Notes: a model not told the origin generated them from the sequence alone. DNA of 32,000 nucleotides from Sinorhizobium meliloti (GCF_017876815.1 NZ_JAGIOS010000001.1:2790001-2822000); one strand, 5' to 3'; counted from the first letter of the stretch, positions 8,647-17,988 are shown. Made by a program: numbers and translations.

Positions 8647-9530
8647 GTCACGAAATCCGTCTTGCGGTATCCCTGGAGATAGAGCAGGGCGGTGAGGTCG
8701 CCATGGTCGATACGGATCTTCGCCTGGTCGGCAACGACGGGCTTGGCGTGGAGCGCTACCCCAGTGCCGGCAAGCTGCAGCATTCCGAGATCGTTGGCAC
8801 CGTCGCCGACGGCGATGACGTCCGCCGGCGTGATGCCGAGCCGTTCCGAAATGTCGATGAGTGCGTCGACCTTGGCCTGCTTGCCGAGGATCGGCCGGGC
8901 AACGTCGCCGGTCAGCTTGCCGTTCTCCTCAACGAGAATGTTGGCACGGTTTTCGTCGAATCCGAGCTTCTCTGCGATGGGGCCGGTGAACACGGTGAAG
9001 CCGCCGGAGACGAGGGCGCTGTAATGTCCCTTCGCCTTCATGGTGGCGATCAGTTCGCGGCCACCCGGCGTCAATGTGATACGCGTGGCTATGACCTCCG
9101 CGACGACGGTAACGGGCAAGCCCTGGAGAAGCGCCACTCTTTCGACGAGTGCCGGCTCGAAAGCGATCTCGCCGTTCATGGCGCGCGCGGTGATTGCCGC
9201 GACCTTTTCCTTCAAGCCGACTTCCGCGGCCAGCTCGTCGATGCATTCCTGTCCGATCATGGTGGAGTCCATGTCGGCGATCAGAAATCGCTTGCGGCGG
9301 CTTTCGGCATCCTGCACGGCGACGTCGATCGCGGCGCCGGCGACCGCCTGGCGCAGCCGAGCCTCCGCTTCGCCGGCCTCGGCGCCATCCCTCAATACGA
9401 TGTCGCAGGCAATACCGTCCGCGAGCCAATAGAGCCCGGATGCATCGAGCCTTTCCGCCGCCGCTTCCGCGCGTGCCGGCGTCAGAACGGGATTTGACGG
9501 ATTAGCGATAAGCGTGGCAACGAGAGCCAT
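8643..9530 (-). CDS. serB: Phosphoserine phosphatase (HAD superfamily)
   Basis: Track ORF 8643..9656. I prefer the ATG at 9530 (MALVATLIANPSNPVL...); an alternative ATG at 9554 has AGGA 9 nt upstream. HAD motifs are present: LIADMDSTMI (DxDxT), SGGF and GDGANDL. The N-terminal extension in the track ORF looks spurious. Confidence 0.88.
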   Translation of the reverse strand: MALVATLIANPSNPVLTPARAEAAAERLDASGLYWLADGIACDIVLRDGAEAGEAEARLRQAVAGAAIDVAVQDAESRRKRFLIADMDSTMIGQECIDELAAEVGLKEKVAAITARAMNGEIAFEPALVERVALLQGLPVTVVAEVIATRITLTPGGRELIATMKAKGHYSALVSGGFTVFTGPIAEKLGFDENRANILVEENGKLTGDVARPILGKQAKVDALIDISERLGITPADVIAVGDGANDLGMLQLAGTGVALHAKPVVADQAKIRIDHGDLTALLYLQGYRKTDFVT

Positions 9531-10440
9531 GATGCAAAACCTTGCGAGAGACATCGACGCGATCCTGATAACCGGGCCGACCGCCAGCGGCAAGTCCGCG
9601 CTCGCGGTGAAGCTCGCGCAAAGGCACGGCGGCGTCGTGATCAATGCGGATAGCATGCAGGTTTACGGGACGCTGAAAGTCCTGACAGCGCGGCCGGATC
9701 AAAGCGAGATGGGTGGCGTCGAGCATTTCCTTTACGGTCATATCCCGCCAGGCCGGGCCTATTCCACCGGCGTGTGGCTCCGCGAAGCGGAAGCGCTCGT
9801 GGCGCGGCTGGGGAAAGAAGGGCGGCTGCCGGTCTTCGTCGGCGGCACGGGCCTCTATTTCAAAGCGCTGACGGGAGGGCTTTCGGATATGCCCGAGATT
9901 CCGCTCGAAACCCGCAAGCGCTTGCGCACCCGACTGACAGAGGAGGGGGCCGAGGCGCTCCACGGTGAACTTTCCGCACGCGATCCGGAGACGGCGGGGC
10001 GCGTGCGGCCCAGCGATGGGCAGCGTATCGTGCGCGCGCTGGAGATAATCGAGGCGACGGGAAGGCCGATCGGATCTTACCAGCAGAGCCGTGGGCCGGT
10101 GATCATCGACCCGGCGCGAGCGCAGAAGATCGTCGTATTGCCGGAGCGGCCGGTTCTTCATGGCCGTATCGATCGGCGCTTCGAGACGATGCTTGCGAGA
10201 GGCGCCGTCGAGGAGGTCCGCGCGCTTCTCGCGCTCCGCCTTCCTCCGGAGATGCCGGTGATGAAGGCGATCGGCGTCCCACAGATCGCAGCGATGCTGA
10301 AAGGCGAGATGAGCGAAAAGCAGGTGATCGAGGCCGGCGCGGCTGCGACGCGGCAATATGCCAAGCGCCAGATGACCTGGTTTCGCAACCAGCTTGACGA
10401 GACCTGGCAGCGTATCGAGGACCCGGATGCCTTGGGCTAG
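9529..10440 (+). CDS. miaA: tRNA dimethylallyltransferase
   Basis: Track ORF 9514..10440. It has the P-loop ILITGPTASGKSALAV and typical MiaA segments such as ADSMQVY...LTARP. The start could be 9514, 9529 or 9532. Confidence 0.92.
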   Translation: MMQNLARDIDAILITGPTASGKSALAVKLAQRHGGVVINADSMQVYGTLKVLTARPDQSEMGGVEHFLYGHIPPGRAYSTGVWLREAEALVARLGKEGRLPVFVGGTGLYFKALTGGLSDMPEIPLETRKRLRTRLTEEGAEALHGELSARDPETAGRVRPSDGQRIVRALEIIEATGRPIGSYQQSRGPVIIDPARAQKIVVLPERPVLHGRIDRRFETMLARGAVEEVRALLALRLPPEMPVMKAIGVPQIAAMLKGEMSEKQVIEAGAAATRQYAKRQMTWFRNQLDETWQRIEDPDALG

Positions 10441-10548
10441 ATCACGATTTAGGTCGGGTCGACCTGTTTGACCTCCTCATCCCTGTCACAAGCACAGAGA
10501 TGACGGGGGAGAGAGATTGTAGTCCCTATGCTGCGGTCTGAAGCGGCA

Positions 10549-10989
10549 TCAGTCGATGCCGTGTTCCTTCAATACCGCCTCTTCGTCGCCGCTGATCCAG
10601 CCGAAAATCTTCGGCTCCCCGTCACGCAGCTGAACGAGGTAATGGACCTCGAAATCGATGGTGACATTCGGCTGCTCCTCCGCGTCGAAGACGGAGCGCC
10701 AATCGACCTGTACGAGAAAATGCAGCGCATCGATCGGGGTGACAGTGGTTTTGCGGATCTTCAATTCCCTGGTGCCGATCGCGCGATAGCGGGCGTAGCC
10801 CTTTTCCATGGAAACCGTCAGGGTTTCGTCGTTTTTCCCCGTCATTACTCCGGCCGGCGAGGCGGCGATAAAGTCCGAGGCGAAGGCGGAGGTCGTATCT
10901 CCGACCGGAAGCGTCCCCGCAAGGACCTGATTGGCCATGCTCTCGTAGCGCTCGAAGAAGCGCCTCAAAATCTCTTCCATGATTTTCAT
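10549..10989 (-). CDS. NTF2-like fold protein (146 aa), function unknown
   Basis: This is the C-terminal part of track ORF 10549..11370, starting at ATG 10989 (MKIMEEILRRFFERYESMANQ...). The pattern ...HFLVQVDWRSVF...IDFEVHYLVQLRDGEPKIFGWISGDEE resembles NTF2/SnoaL-like cone-fold proteins. The upstream part of the long ORF overlaps the next gene in another frame and is Arg/Ala-rich. Confidence 0.6.
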   Translation of the reverse strand: MKIMEEILRRFFERYESMANQVLAGTLPVGDTTSAFASDFIAASPAGVMTGKNDETLTVSMEKGYARYRAIGTRELKIRKTTVTPIDALHFLVQVDWRSVFDAEEQPNVTIDFEVHYLVQLRDGEPKIFGWISGDEEAVLKEHGID

Positions 10990-11036
10990 CCCAATTCGCT
11001 CCGCGCAACGGAGGCGGAGGCTTGCGGTGCTGCAGG

Positions 11037-11387
11037 TCAATCGACCGGCGTGTGCTGGTGTTGAATGAGCTTCCAGTCTGCTCCGACGCCGTGGTAGGTC
11101 GAGGTGCAACAGGCCGCATAAGGCCCGCCTTCCGCGCGTCGCGCCTCCGCAAGATAGCCGAGTACGATAAAGTTCTCGCCGATCCGGCTCATGACCTTCT
11201 CGCTGATCGTGAGATGCTCCCACCGCGGAATTCCCTGGAGACTTCGGATTATGACCGATCTTCCGCGCAGCAGACCGACCGGCGCAGGGAATGCCATGAT
11301 GCAGTCTTCGTCCAGCAATTCGCGATATGGATCGGAACCCTCGAGCCAGAGCCGCCGCTCGTTTCTCCATGCGTCATTGTCGTCCAT
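11037..11387 (-). CDS. DUF4440/SnoaL-like (NTF2 fold) protein, 116 aa
   Basis: Track ORF 11037..11387 encodes MDDNDAWRNERRLWLEGSDPYRELLDEDCIMAFPAPVG...ACCTSTYHGVGADWKLIQHQHTPVD. The C-terminal W-K-L-x-x-HQ-x-TP ending is what I remember for DUF4440 proteins. Confidence 0.6.
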   Translation of the reverse strand: MDDNDAWRNERRLWLEGSDPYRELLDEDCIMAFPAPVGLLRGRSVIIRSLQGIPRWEHLTISEKVMSRIGENFIVLGYLAEARRAEGGPYAACCTSTYHGVGADWKLIQHQHTPVD

Positions 11388-11499
11388 GGTCGTCTCCTCG
11401 CCTTGACGTCACCTCAACGCTTGAGAAGAGCCCCCGGATCCAAAATTGCAATCAGCGCAGGTTCAGCTGCCAGGACACGCCGTACCGTCCGCTTCTGCG

Positions 11500-13566
11500 T
11501 CATTTGCGGATAAGGCTGCCGAGTGGTCGTCTGAGCAGGCTTTCGCGAAGCGACCCCTCGTGACGCGGTGCCGGCTTGCCGAAGCCCGCATCCGATTGGC
11601 CGGGCGCCTTGGCGGGTCGGCCCGATATCCTCTCCGCCTCTCCGGACAGGACCTGCTCGCGGATCCGGCTGAAGCGTTCGATCTCCGGGTTTCCCGGCTC
11701 GGACGAGCGGGGAAGCATGTCGGGGCTATAGGGCTCGAATGGGGGGTATCGTCGCGAAAGGGAGTCCGCGACCTCGGTTCCGGTGTCTTTCCCGCTCCAG
11801 TTGTCGTCCTCGAGCACCGGCGCCTGCTTCGTCTGTGACGCCAGATAGCTCTGTTGGAAACTCGATATGTCGGGACCGTTCACGGCACGCATTCGGCTGA
11901 CGATCGAACGGAGGTCGGCGAGGGGCGGCGCGTCGTCGTCAACCTTGTCGGTGATGCCGTGGGCGCGGGGCAACCGCGCATCGTCGACGCGGGCAAAGCG
12001 CATGCGCATCGGTACTGCGACCGCCTCGCCGAAGGCGATTGCCTCGCCGTTGCCGATCGACGAAATGAAGCTGGTGGTGGAGATCGACGAATTGGCGATC
12101 GCCGAGCGGATGATTTCCTGGTCGCGATCATTGGCGAGCCGCATGGCGAAGACGGTCGAGCATTGCGACAGGATCGTCGGATCGAGCTCGCCCGGCCGCT
12201 GGGTGATGATGCCGAGCGAGACTCCGTATTTGCGACCCTCCTTGGCGATCCGTGCAATAGCCTGACGTGTCGGCACAAAGCCGAGCGACGGATCGGCCGG
12301 CACATAGCGGTGCGCCTCTTCGCAAACGACCAGCATATGGATGGCGCCATTGCCCCAGAGGCCTATCTCGAAGGCCATGCGGCAGAGCACGGAGGCGAGG
12401 GAATTGACGACTTCCGAAGGGATCCCGGCAAGCTCGAAGGTGGCGATCGGCTTGCCGTCGCCCGGAATGCGGAAGATCTTTGCAATCGTGTCCTCGATCG
12501 TGTCCGTGATCGTGTTCTGCGAGAACATGAAATGGTAGCGCGGATCGTTGACTGCGGAGACGATCCTGACCTTGAGGGAGCGCAGGTACGGCTTGTCGTT
12601 GCGCCCCTCCAGCCGGCCGATGCGCTCATCGATCAGCGCCAGGAGGTCGGCGATGCGGTACGGGACGGGCGTATCTGCGGTGATCGAGCTCTTTTCCGTC
12701 TGCCGCCGCATCAGGCCGGATTCGCCGCCCTTGAACGCCTTTTTTGCGTCCGCGATGACGTCGCGCAGGATATCGAGCTCGTCCGGCACCGGCGGGCGCC
12801 CACGAAAGATGACCTCGGCCAACTCCTCGAGCCGGAAGAACCAGAAGGGGAGGTCGAGCGTATCCGTGTCGATGACCACCGCCTGGTCCGGAAAGGCGGC
12901 GGCGAACTCGTTGTGCGGATCGAGGATCAGCACACGCAGCTTCGGGTCGGCGGCGATCGCCTTGTTCAGGAGCAGTGTCACGGCGGTCGACTTGCCGACG
13001 CCGGTGGTGCCGACGATCGCAAAGTGCTTGGAAAGCATGGAAGGTACATGGATGGTGGCGTCGAGGCTTTCGTCCTGCGTCAGCTTGCCGATGACGCAAC
13101 TGTCCGATTGACCGGAGTCGTAGATGCGGGCGAGATCGCTCACGCGGATGCGGTGGGCAATCGCTCCGAGATAGGGATAGCGGCTGATGCCGGCGGAAAA
13201 CTCTTCCCGCCCATCCGGACCGACATGAACCTCGCCCATCAATTCCACTTCGATGCGGAAAGTGTTGTTGACCTCTTCGCCCCAACCCTCGGAAATGGTC
13301 TGCATCGAATAGACGAGGGCGACGACACGGTTGGTGCCGACGGAAATCGAAACCAGTTTGCCGACCGACCAGAGCTCGGTGAGCGAAGTCTCGCCATTTT
13401 CGGCGACCGCCGCGATCGTGGCGCGCGAGCCGTTGCAGGCGACGACCCGCCCGAGAAATCGATTGCCGGGCTTCAACGTATCGCGGCGATCCGTCTCGGC
13501 GGCGCGAGGCGCCGATTGATTTCCACTTTCGAGCAACGCAGCACCTCGGGCGAAAACGCCAATCAC
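11500..13566 (-). CDS. HerA-like / DUF87 P-loop ATPase (688 aa) with a disordered C-terminal tail
   Basis: Walker A is KHFAIVGTTGVGKST and a Walker-B-like segment is LRVLILDPHNEF. Other typical segments are HMLVVCEEAHRYVP and GVSLGIITQRPGELDPTILSQCSTVFAMRL. The N-terminal 150 aa resemble the HAS-barrel region. The last 130 aa or so are low-complexity (Pro/Ser/Glu/Arg-rich). Confidence 0.85.
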   Translation of the reverse strand: MIGVFARGAALLESGNQSAPRAAETDRRDTLKPGNRFLGRVVACNGSRATIAAVAENGETSLTELWSVGKLVSISVGTNRVVALVYSMQTISEGWGEEVNNTFRIEVELMGEVHVGPDGREEFSAGISRYPYLGAIAHRIRVSDLARIYDSGQSDSCVIGKLTQDESLDATIHVPSMLSKHFAIVGTTGVGKSTAVTLLLNKAIAADPKLRVLILDPHNEFAAAFPDQAVVIDTDTLDLPFWFFRLEELAEVIFRGRPPVPDELDILRDVIADAKKAFKGGESGLMRRQTEKSSITADTPVPYRIADLLALIDERIGRLEGRNDKPYLRSLKVRIVSAVNDPRYHFMFSQNTITDTIEDTIAKIFRIPGDGKPIATFELAGIPSEVVNSLASVLCRMAFEIGLWGNGAIHMLVVCEEAHRYVPADPSLGFVPTRQAIARIAKEGRKYGVSLGIITQRPGELDPTILSQCSTVFAMRLANDRDQEIIRSAIANSSISTTSFISSIGNGEAIAFGEAVAVPMRMRFARVDDARLPRAHGITDKVDDDAPPLADLRSIVSRMRAVNGPDISSFQQSYLASQTKQAPVLEDDNWSGKDTGTEVADSLSRRYPPFEPYSPDMLPRSSEPGNPEIERFSRIREQVLSGEAERISGRPAKAPGQSDAGFGKPAPRHEGSLRESLLRRPLGSLIRK

Positions 13567-13716
13567 AGCAGGATGCGCACCGAAATCCGGCGCCTGTTTC
13601 CTTGCTGGTCCCAGGATAGCGGCTGCGGTTTAATAACTGGTTGCTCACAAGCCTTGCCGATCAGGTCACGCCAAAGCCGTTGACGGATGGGGAATTTCCG
13701 TTTAACAAATCGCCCC

Positions 13717-13773
13717 ATGAAAAATTTCGCGGTTATTCTTGTGGTGGGACGGCGCATGGGCAGGGTGGTGTAA
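13717..13773 (+). promoter_or_regulatory. ilvIH leader peptide ORF (18 aa, MKNFAVILVVGRRMGRVV)
   Basis: A short ORF (ATG 13717, TAA 13771-13773) lies 110 nt upstream of ilvI. Eight of its 18 codons are Val, Ile or Leu, including the run V-I-L-V-V. It is followed by a long stem (GCGCATGGG at 13752-13760 pairs with CCCATGCGC at 13791-13799) and by a terminator. Confidence 0.6.
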
Positions 13774-13806
13774 CCATCCGGCGGTAGCCACCCATGCGCT
13801 GAACGA

Positions 13807-13829
13807 GGCTCCTGACGGGGCCTTTTTTT
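13807..13829 (+). terminator. Rho-independent terminator (attenuator) in the ilvIH leader
   Basis: GGCUCC (13807-13812), loop UGAC and GGGGCC (13817-13822) form 6 bp including one G-U pair, followed by T7 (13823-13829). The structure sits 55 nt upstream of the ilvI ATG. Confidence 0.6.
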
Positions 13830-13883
13830 ATGCCTTCAAACACGTTATTCACCCAAACCTGAACGAGGGACGGAAGCAGGCCA

Positions 13884-15662
13884 ATGAGCGGAACTGAGAA
13901 CCAGATGACGGGCGCGGAGATCGTTCTCCAGGCTTTGAAAGACAATGGCGTCGAACACATCTTCGGCTATCCCGGCGGTGCCGTGCTCCCGATCTACGAC
14001 GAGATTTTCCAGCAGGAGGATATCCAGCACATCCTCGTCCGCCACGAGCAGGGCGCCGGCCACATGGCCGAAGGTTATGCCCGCTCCACCGGCAAGGTCG
14101 GCGTCATGCTGGTGACTTCCGGCCCGGGAGCGACCAATGCGGTCACGCCGCTGCAGGACGCGCTGATGGACTCGATCCCGCTCGTCTGCATCTCGGGGCA
14201 GGTACCGACGTCGCTGATCGGTTCGGACGCCTTCCAGGAATGCGACACGATCGGCATCACGCGGCCCTGTACCAAGCACAACTGGCTGGTCAGGGACGTC
14301 AACGAGCTCGCCCGCGTCATCCATGAGGCTTTCCGCGTCGCTCAGTCCGGCCGTCCGGGTCCGGTCGTCGTCGACATTCCGAAGGACGTCCAGTTCGCAA
14401 CCGGCACCTATACGCCGCCTTCGGCCGTTCCGACGCAGAAGAGCTACCAGCCGAAGACCCAAGGGGACCTGAAGAAGATCGAGGAGGCGGTCGCGCTCAT
14501 GAAAACGGCGCGCCAGCCGGTCATCTATTCGGGCGGCGGCGTCATCAATTCCGGGCCGCAAGCCGCGCATTTCCTGCGCGAGCTGGTCGAGCTCACCGGC
14601 TTCCCGATCACGTCGACCCTGATGGGCCTCGGCGCCTATCCTGCCTCCGGCAAAAACTGGCTCGGCATGCTCGGGATGCACGGGACCTACGAAGCCAACC
14701 TGGCGATGCATGATTGCGACGTCATGATCTGCATCGGCGCGCGCTTCGACGACCGGATCACCGGCCGGCTCAATGCCTTCTCGCCCAACTCCAAGAAGAT
14801 CCACATCGACATCGACCCGTCCTCGATCAATAAGAACGTCCGCGTCGACGTTCCGATCATCGGCGATGTCGCCGCTGTTCTCGAGGACATGATTCGCCTG
14901 TGGCGGGCTGCGGCCAAGACGGTCGACCAGACGCGGCTTGGCGACTGGTGGAAGTCGATCTCCAAGTGGCGGGCGCGCAACTCTCTGGCCTATACGCCGA
15001 GTGCCGACGTCATCATGCCGCAATATGCGATCCAGCGGCTATACGAGCTCACCAAGGACCGCGACACCTACATCACCACCGAGGTCGGCCAGCACCAGAT
15101 GTGGGCCGCGCAGTTCTTCGGCTTCGAAGAGCCGAACCGCTGGATGACCTCGGGCGGCCTCGGGACCATGGGCTACGGATTCCCGGCCGCGGTCGGCGTC
15201 CAGGTCGCGCATCCGGAGAGCCTCGTCATCGACATCGCCGGCGACGCCTCGATCCAGATGTGCATCCAGGAGATGTCGTGTGCGGTTCAGTACGGCCTGC
15301 CGGTCAAGATCTTCATCCTGAACAACCAATATATGGGCATGGTCCGGCAGTGGCAGCAACTCCTGCACGGCAACCGCCTGTCGCATTCCTACACCGAGGC
15401 GATGCCTGACTTCGTCAAGCTCGCCGAGGCCTATGGCGGCGTCGGCATCCGTTGCGAAAAGCCGGGAGAGCTCGACGATGCGATCCGGCAGATGATCGAC
15501 ACTCCGGCTCCGGTCATCTTCGACTGCCGCGTCGCCAATCTCGCCAACTGCTTCCCGATGATCCCTTCGGGCAAGGCGCATAACGAAATGCTGCTCCCCG
15601 ACGAGGCCACGGACGAGGTGGTCGCCAACGCCATCGATGCCAAGGGCCGCCAGCTCGTTTGA
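13884..15662 (+). CDS. ilvI: Acetolactate synthase (acetohydroxyacid synthase) large subunit
   Basis: The 592-aa ORF has the N-terminal TPP-enzyme motif GAEIVLQALKDNGVEHIFGYPGGAVLPIYD. It also has the TPP-binding motif GLGTMGYGFPAAVG...IAGDASIQMCIQE...IFILNNQYMGMV. Confidence 0.96.
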   Translation: MSGTENQMTGAEIVLQALKDNGVEHIFGYPGGAVLPIYDEIFQQEDIQHILVRHEQGAGHMAEGYARSTGKVGVMLVTSGPGATNAVTPLQDALMDSIPLVCISGQVPTSLIGSDAFQECDTIGITRPCTKHNWLVRDVNELARVIHEAFRVAQSGRPGPVVVDIPKDVQFATGTYTPPSAVPTQKSYQPKTQGDLKKIEEAVALMKTARQPVIYSGGGVINSGPQAAHFLRELVELTGFPITSTLMGLGAYPASGKNWLGMLGMHGTYEANLAMHDCDVMICIGARFDDRITGRLNAFSPNSKKIHIDIDPSSINKNVRVDVPIIGDVAAVLEDMIRLWRAAAKTVDQTRLGDWWKSISKWRARNSLAYTPSADVIMPQYAIQRLYELTKDRDTYITTEVGQHQMWAAQFFGFEEPNRWMTSGGLGTMGYGFPAAVGVQVAHPESLVIDIAGDASIQMCIQEMSCAVQYGLPVKIFILNNQYMGMVRQWQQLLHGNRLSHSYTEAMPDFVKLAEAYGGVGIRCEKPGELDDAIRQMIDTPAPVIFDCRVANLANCFPMIPSGKAHNEMLLPDEATDEVVANAIDAKGRQLV

Positions 15663-15684
15663 GGACAAGGGTAGGAACAGGAAA

Positions 15685-16257
15685 ATGAATGCACATCTTC
15701 AGCCGACGGGCTCCGCCTACTTCATCGCCAAGGAAACGGAGCTTGCGGAAACGCACACGCTTTCCGTTCTGGTCGACAACGAGCCGGGCGTGCTCGCCCG
15801 CGTCATCGGCCTTTTTTCCGGTCGCGGCTACAATATCGAGAGCCTGACGGTCTCCGAGACGGAGCACGAGGCTCATCTGTCGCGCATCACCATCGTGACC
15901 CGCGGCACGCCGCACGTGCTCGAGCAGATCAAGAACCAGCTCGAACGCCTTGTTCCGGTGCACCGGGTCGTGGATCTCACGGTCCGCGCCGCCGGCCTCG
16001 GCCATGAGCGGCCGATCGAGCGTGAACTGGCGCTCGTCAAGGTACACGGCTCGGGCGAACATCGGGTGGAGGCGCTCAGGCTCGCCGACGCCTTCCGCGC
16101 CTCGGTCATCGACGCCAATATCGATCACTTCGTCTTCGAGATCACCGGCAAGCCTTCCAAGATCGAGCAGTTCATCGCCATCATGAAGCCGCTCGGGCTG
16201 ATCGAAGTCTGCCGCACCGGCATCGCCGCGATGAACCGCGGGCCCCAGGGGATGTAA
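15685..16257 (+). CDS. ilvH: Acetolactate synthase small (regulatory) subunit
   Basis: Track ORF 15637..16257. I prefer the ATG at 15685, which lies after the ilvI stop. The ACT domain reads HTLSVLVDNEPGVLARVIGLFSGRGYNIESLTV and a typical C-terminal IlvN/IlvH domain follows. Confidence 0.93.
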   Translation: MNAHLQPTGSAYFIAKETELAETHTLSVLVDNEPGVLARVIGLFSGRGYNIESLTVSETEHEAHLSRITIVTRGTPHVLEQIKNQLERLVPVHRVVDLTVRAAGLGHERPIERELALVKVHGSGEHRVEALRLADAFRASVIDANIDHFVFEITGKPSKIEQFIAIMKPLGLIEVCRTGIAAMNRGPQGM

Positions 16258-16301
16258 AGAAGCTCCCTCAACCGCAATAGAGACGTTCTGTACCTGTGAC
16301 T

Positions 16302-16435
16302 GCCCCTCTCCTCGGGTTTAACCCGAGGACTAGCCCTCTCCCCGCGCGCGGGGAGAGGGGACTTTGGAGCGAGAGTTCGAGGCTTGTCCCTTCGCCCCGC
16401 TTGCGGGGAGAAGGTGCCGGCAGGCGGATGAGGGG
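16302..16435. repeat. Cluster of REP-like intergenic palindromes (rhizobial RIME/Sm-repeat class)
   Basis: Three elements are present. The first is the 19-nt palindrome CCTCGGGTTTAACCCGAGG (16310-16328). The second is the 26-nt palindrome CCCTCTCCCCGCGCGCGGGGAGAGGG (16334-16359). The third is the hairpin plus tail CCTTCGCCCCGCTTGCGGGGAGAAGGTGCCGGCAGGCGGATGAGGGG (16389-16435), which is 47/47 identical to 27225-27271. The cluster lies between the convergent ilvH and aldo-keto reductase genes. Confidence 0.85.
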
Positions 16436-16466
16436 CAATCGGGGCAACGCTCGCCATGATCGCTCC

Positions 16467-17348
<882 letters not shown>

Positions 17349-17457
17349 TTAAGGCCCGTTGGGGGAAAGTCCACAAGCTAATTGCAGCATTGCTGCCTTG
17401 GCCGGGCCGCCTGCGGTCGCGCCGATAGTCTTCTCCCGAAAGAAAATAAAATTGTGC

Positions 17458-17486
17458 CTTGTAAGAAACACAATGATGACCTACAT
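17458..17486 (+). promoter_or_regulatory. Candidate sigma-70 promoter of cspA (CTTGTA-N17-CTACAT)
   Basis: CTTGTA at 17458-17463 and CTACAT at 17481-17486 are separated by 17 nt. The rhizobial housekeeping consensus is CTTGAC-N17-CTATAT. The site lies in an AT-rich region and would give a 5' UTR of about 130 nt, as is typical for cold-shock genes. Confidence 0.4.
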
Positions 17487-17622
17487 AGCTCGGTATCGAT
17501 ATTGATCGACGATATTTGTTTCTGCGCCAAGGCGCATCGTCACGAAAATCCTGACAACATCGGTTTTGATACACCGTTTTTATGCGGTGGCGGTTTTCCA
17601 TGGCTATTGAAAGGACATCGAC

Positions 17623-17832
17623 GTGGCTTCTGGAACGGTAAAGTGGTTCAACAGCACCAAGGGCTTCGGTTTCATCCAGCCAGATGACGGCGCCGCTGAC
17701 GTGTTCGTCCATATTTCGGCGGTTGAACGCGCCGGCCTGTCCACGCTGAAAGACGGGCAGAAGGTAAGCTTCGAGCTGACGCAGGATCGGCGCTCGGGCA
17801 AGACCTCGGCGGACAACCTTCGCGCTCTCTGA
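17623..17832 (+). CDS. cspA: Cold-shock protein (CspA family)
   Basis: The 69-aa ORF has a GTG start with AAAGGA upstream. It carries RNP1 (KGFGFI) and RNP2 (VFVHI) within [34 protein letters not shown]. Confidence 0.95.
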   Translation: MASGTVKWFNSTKGFGFIQPDDGAADVFVHISAVERAGLSTLKDGQKVSFELTQDRRSGKTSADNLRAL

Positions 17833-17934
17833 ACGGATCGCGCGTTTGTGCCCTAACACGGCACTTCATGACATTATTGTCTCCCCGCCCGTGACCACGG
17901 ATGTACTGGCGCGGCGGGTTGAGATGATGAGGAA

Positions 17935-17959
17935 GGTCGGGCCTGTCCCGGCCTTTTTT
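17935..17959 (+). terminator. Rho-independent terminator
   Basis: GGUCGGG (17935-17941), loop CCUGU and CCCGGCC (17947-17953) form 7 bp including one G-U pair, followed by T6 (17954-17959). It lies 103 nt after the cspA stop and 29 nt before the next ATG. Confidence 0.65.
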
Positions 17960-17988
17960 ATTGGCTGAAATTTGATGGAGGATCTCGC

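Noticed and set aside
11854-13683. 609-aa plus-strand ORF. Nested ORFs lie in the same region (11867..12265, 12548..13111, 12626..13648).
   Set aside because: It is antisense to, or out of frame with, the HerA-like ATPase, whose motifs are unambiguous on the minus strand. The product is Arg/Gly/Asp/Ala-rich and low-complexity, with no SD.
16389-16435. Possible CRISPR array, suggested by the recurring 33-nt GC-rich motif (also at 27125-27157 and 27239-27271).
   Set aside because: There are only three copies. Two of them are in inverted orientation, and the copies are about 10.8 kb apart rather than regularly spaced. The motif is strongly palindromic and REP-like, and there are no cas genes.
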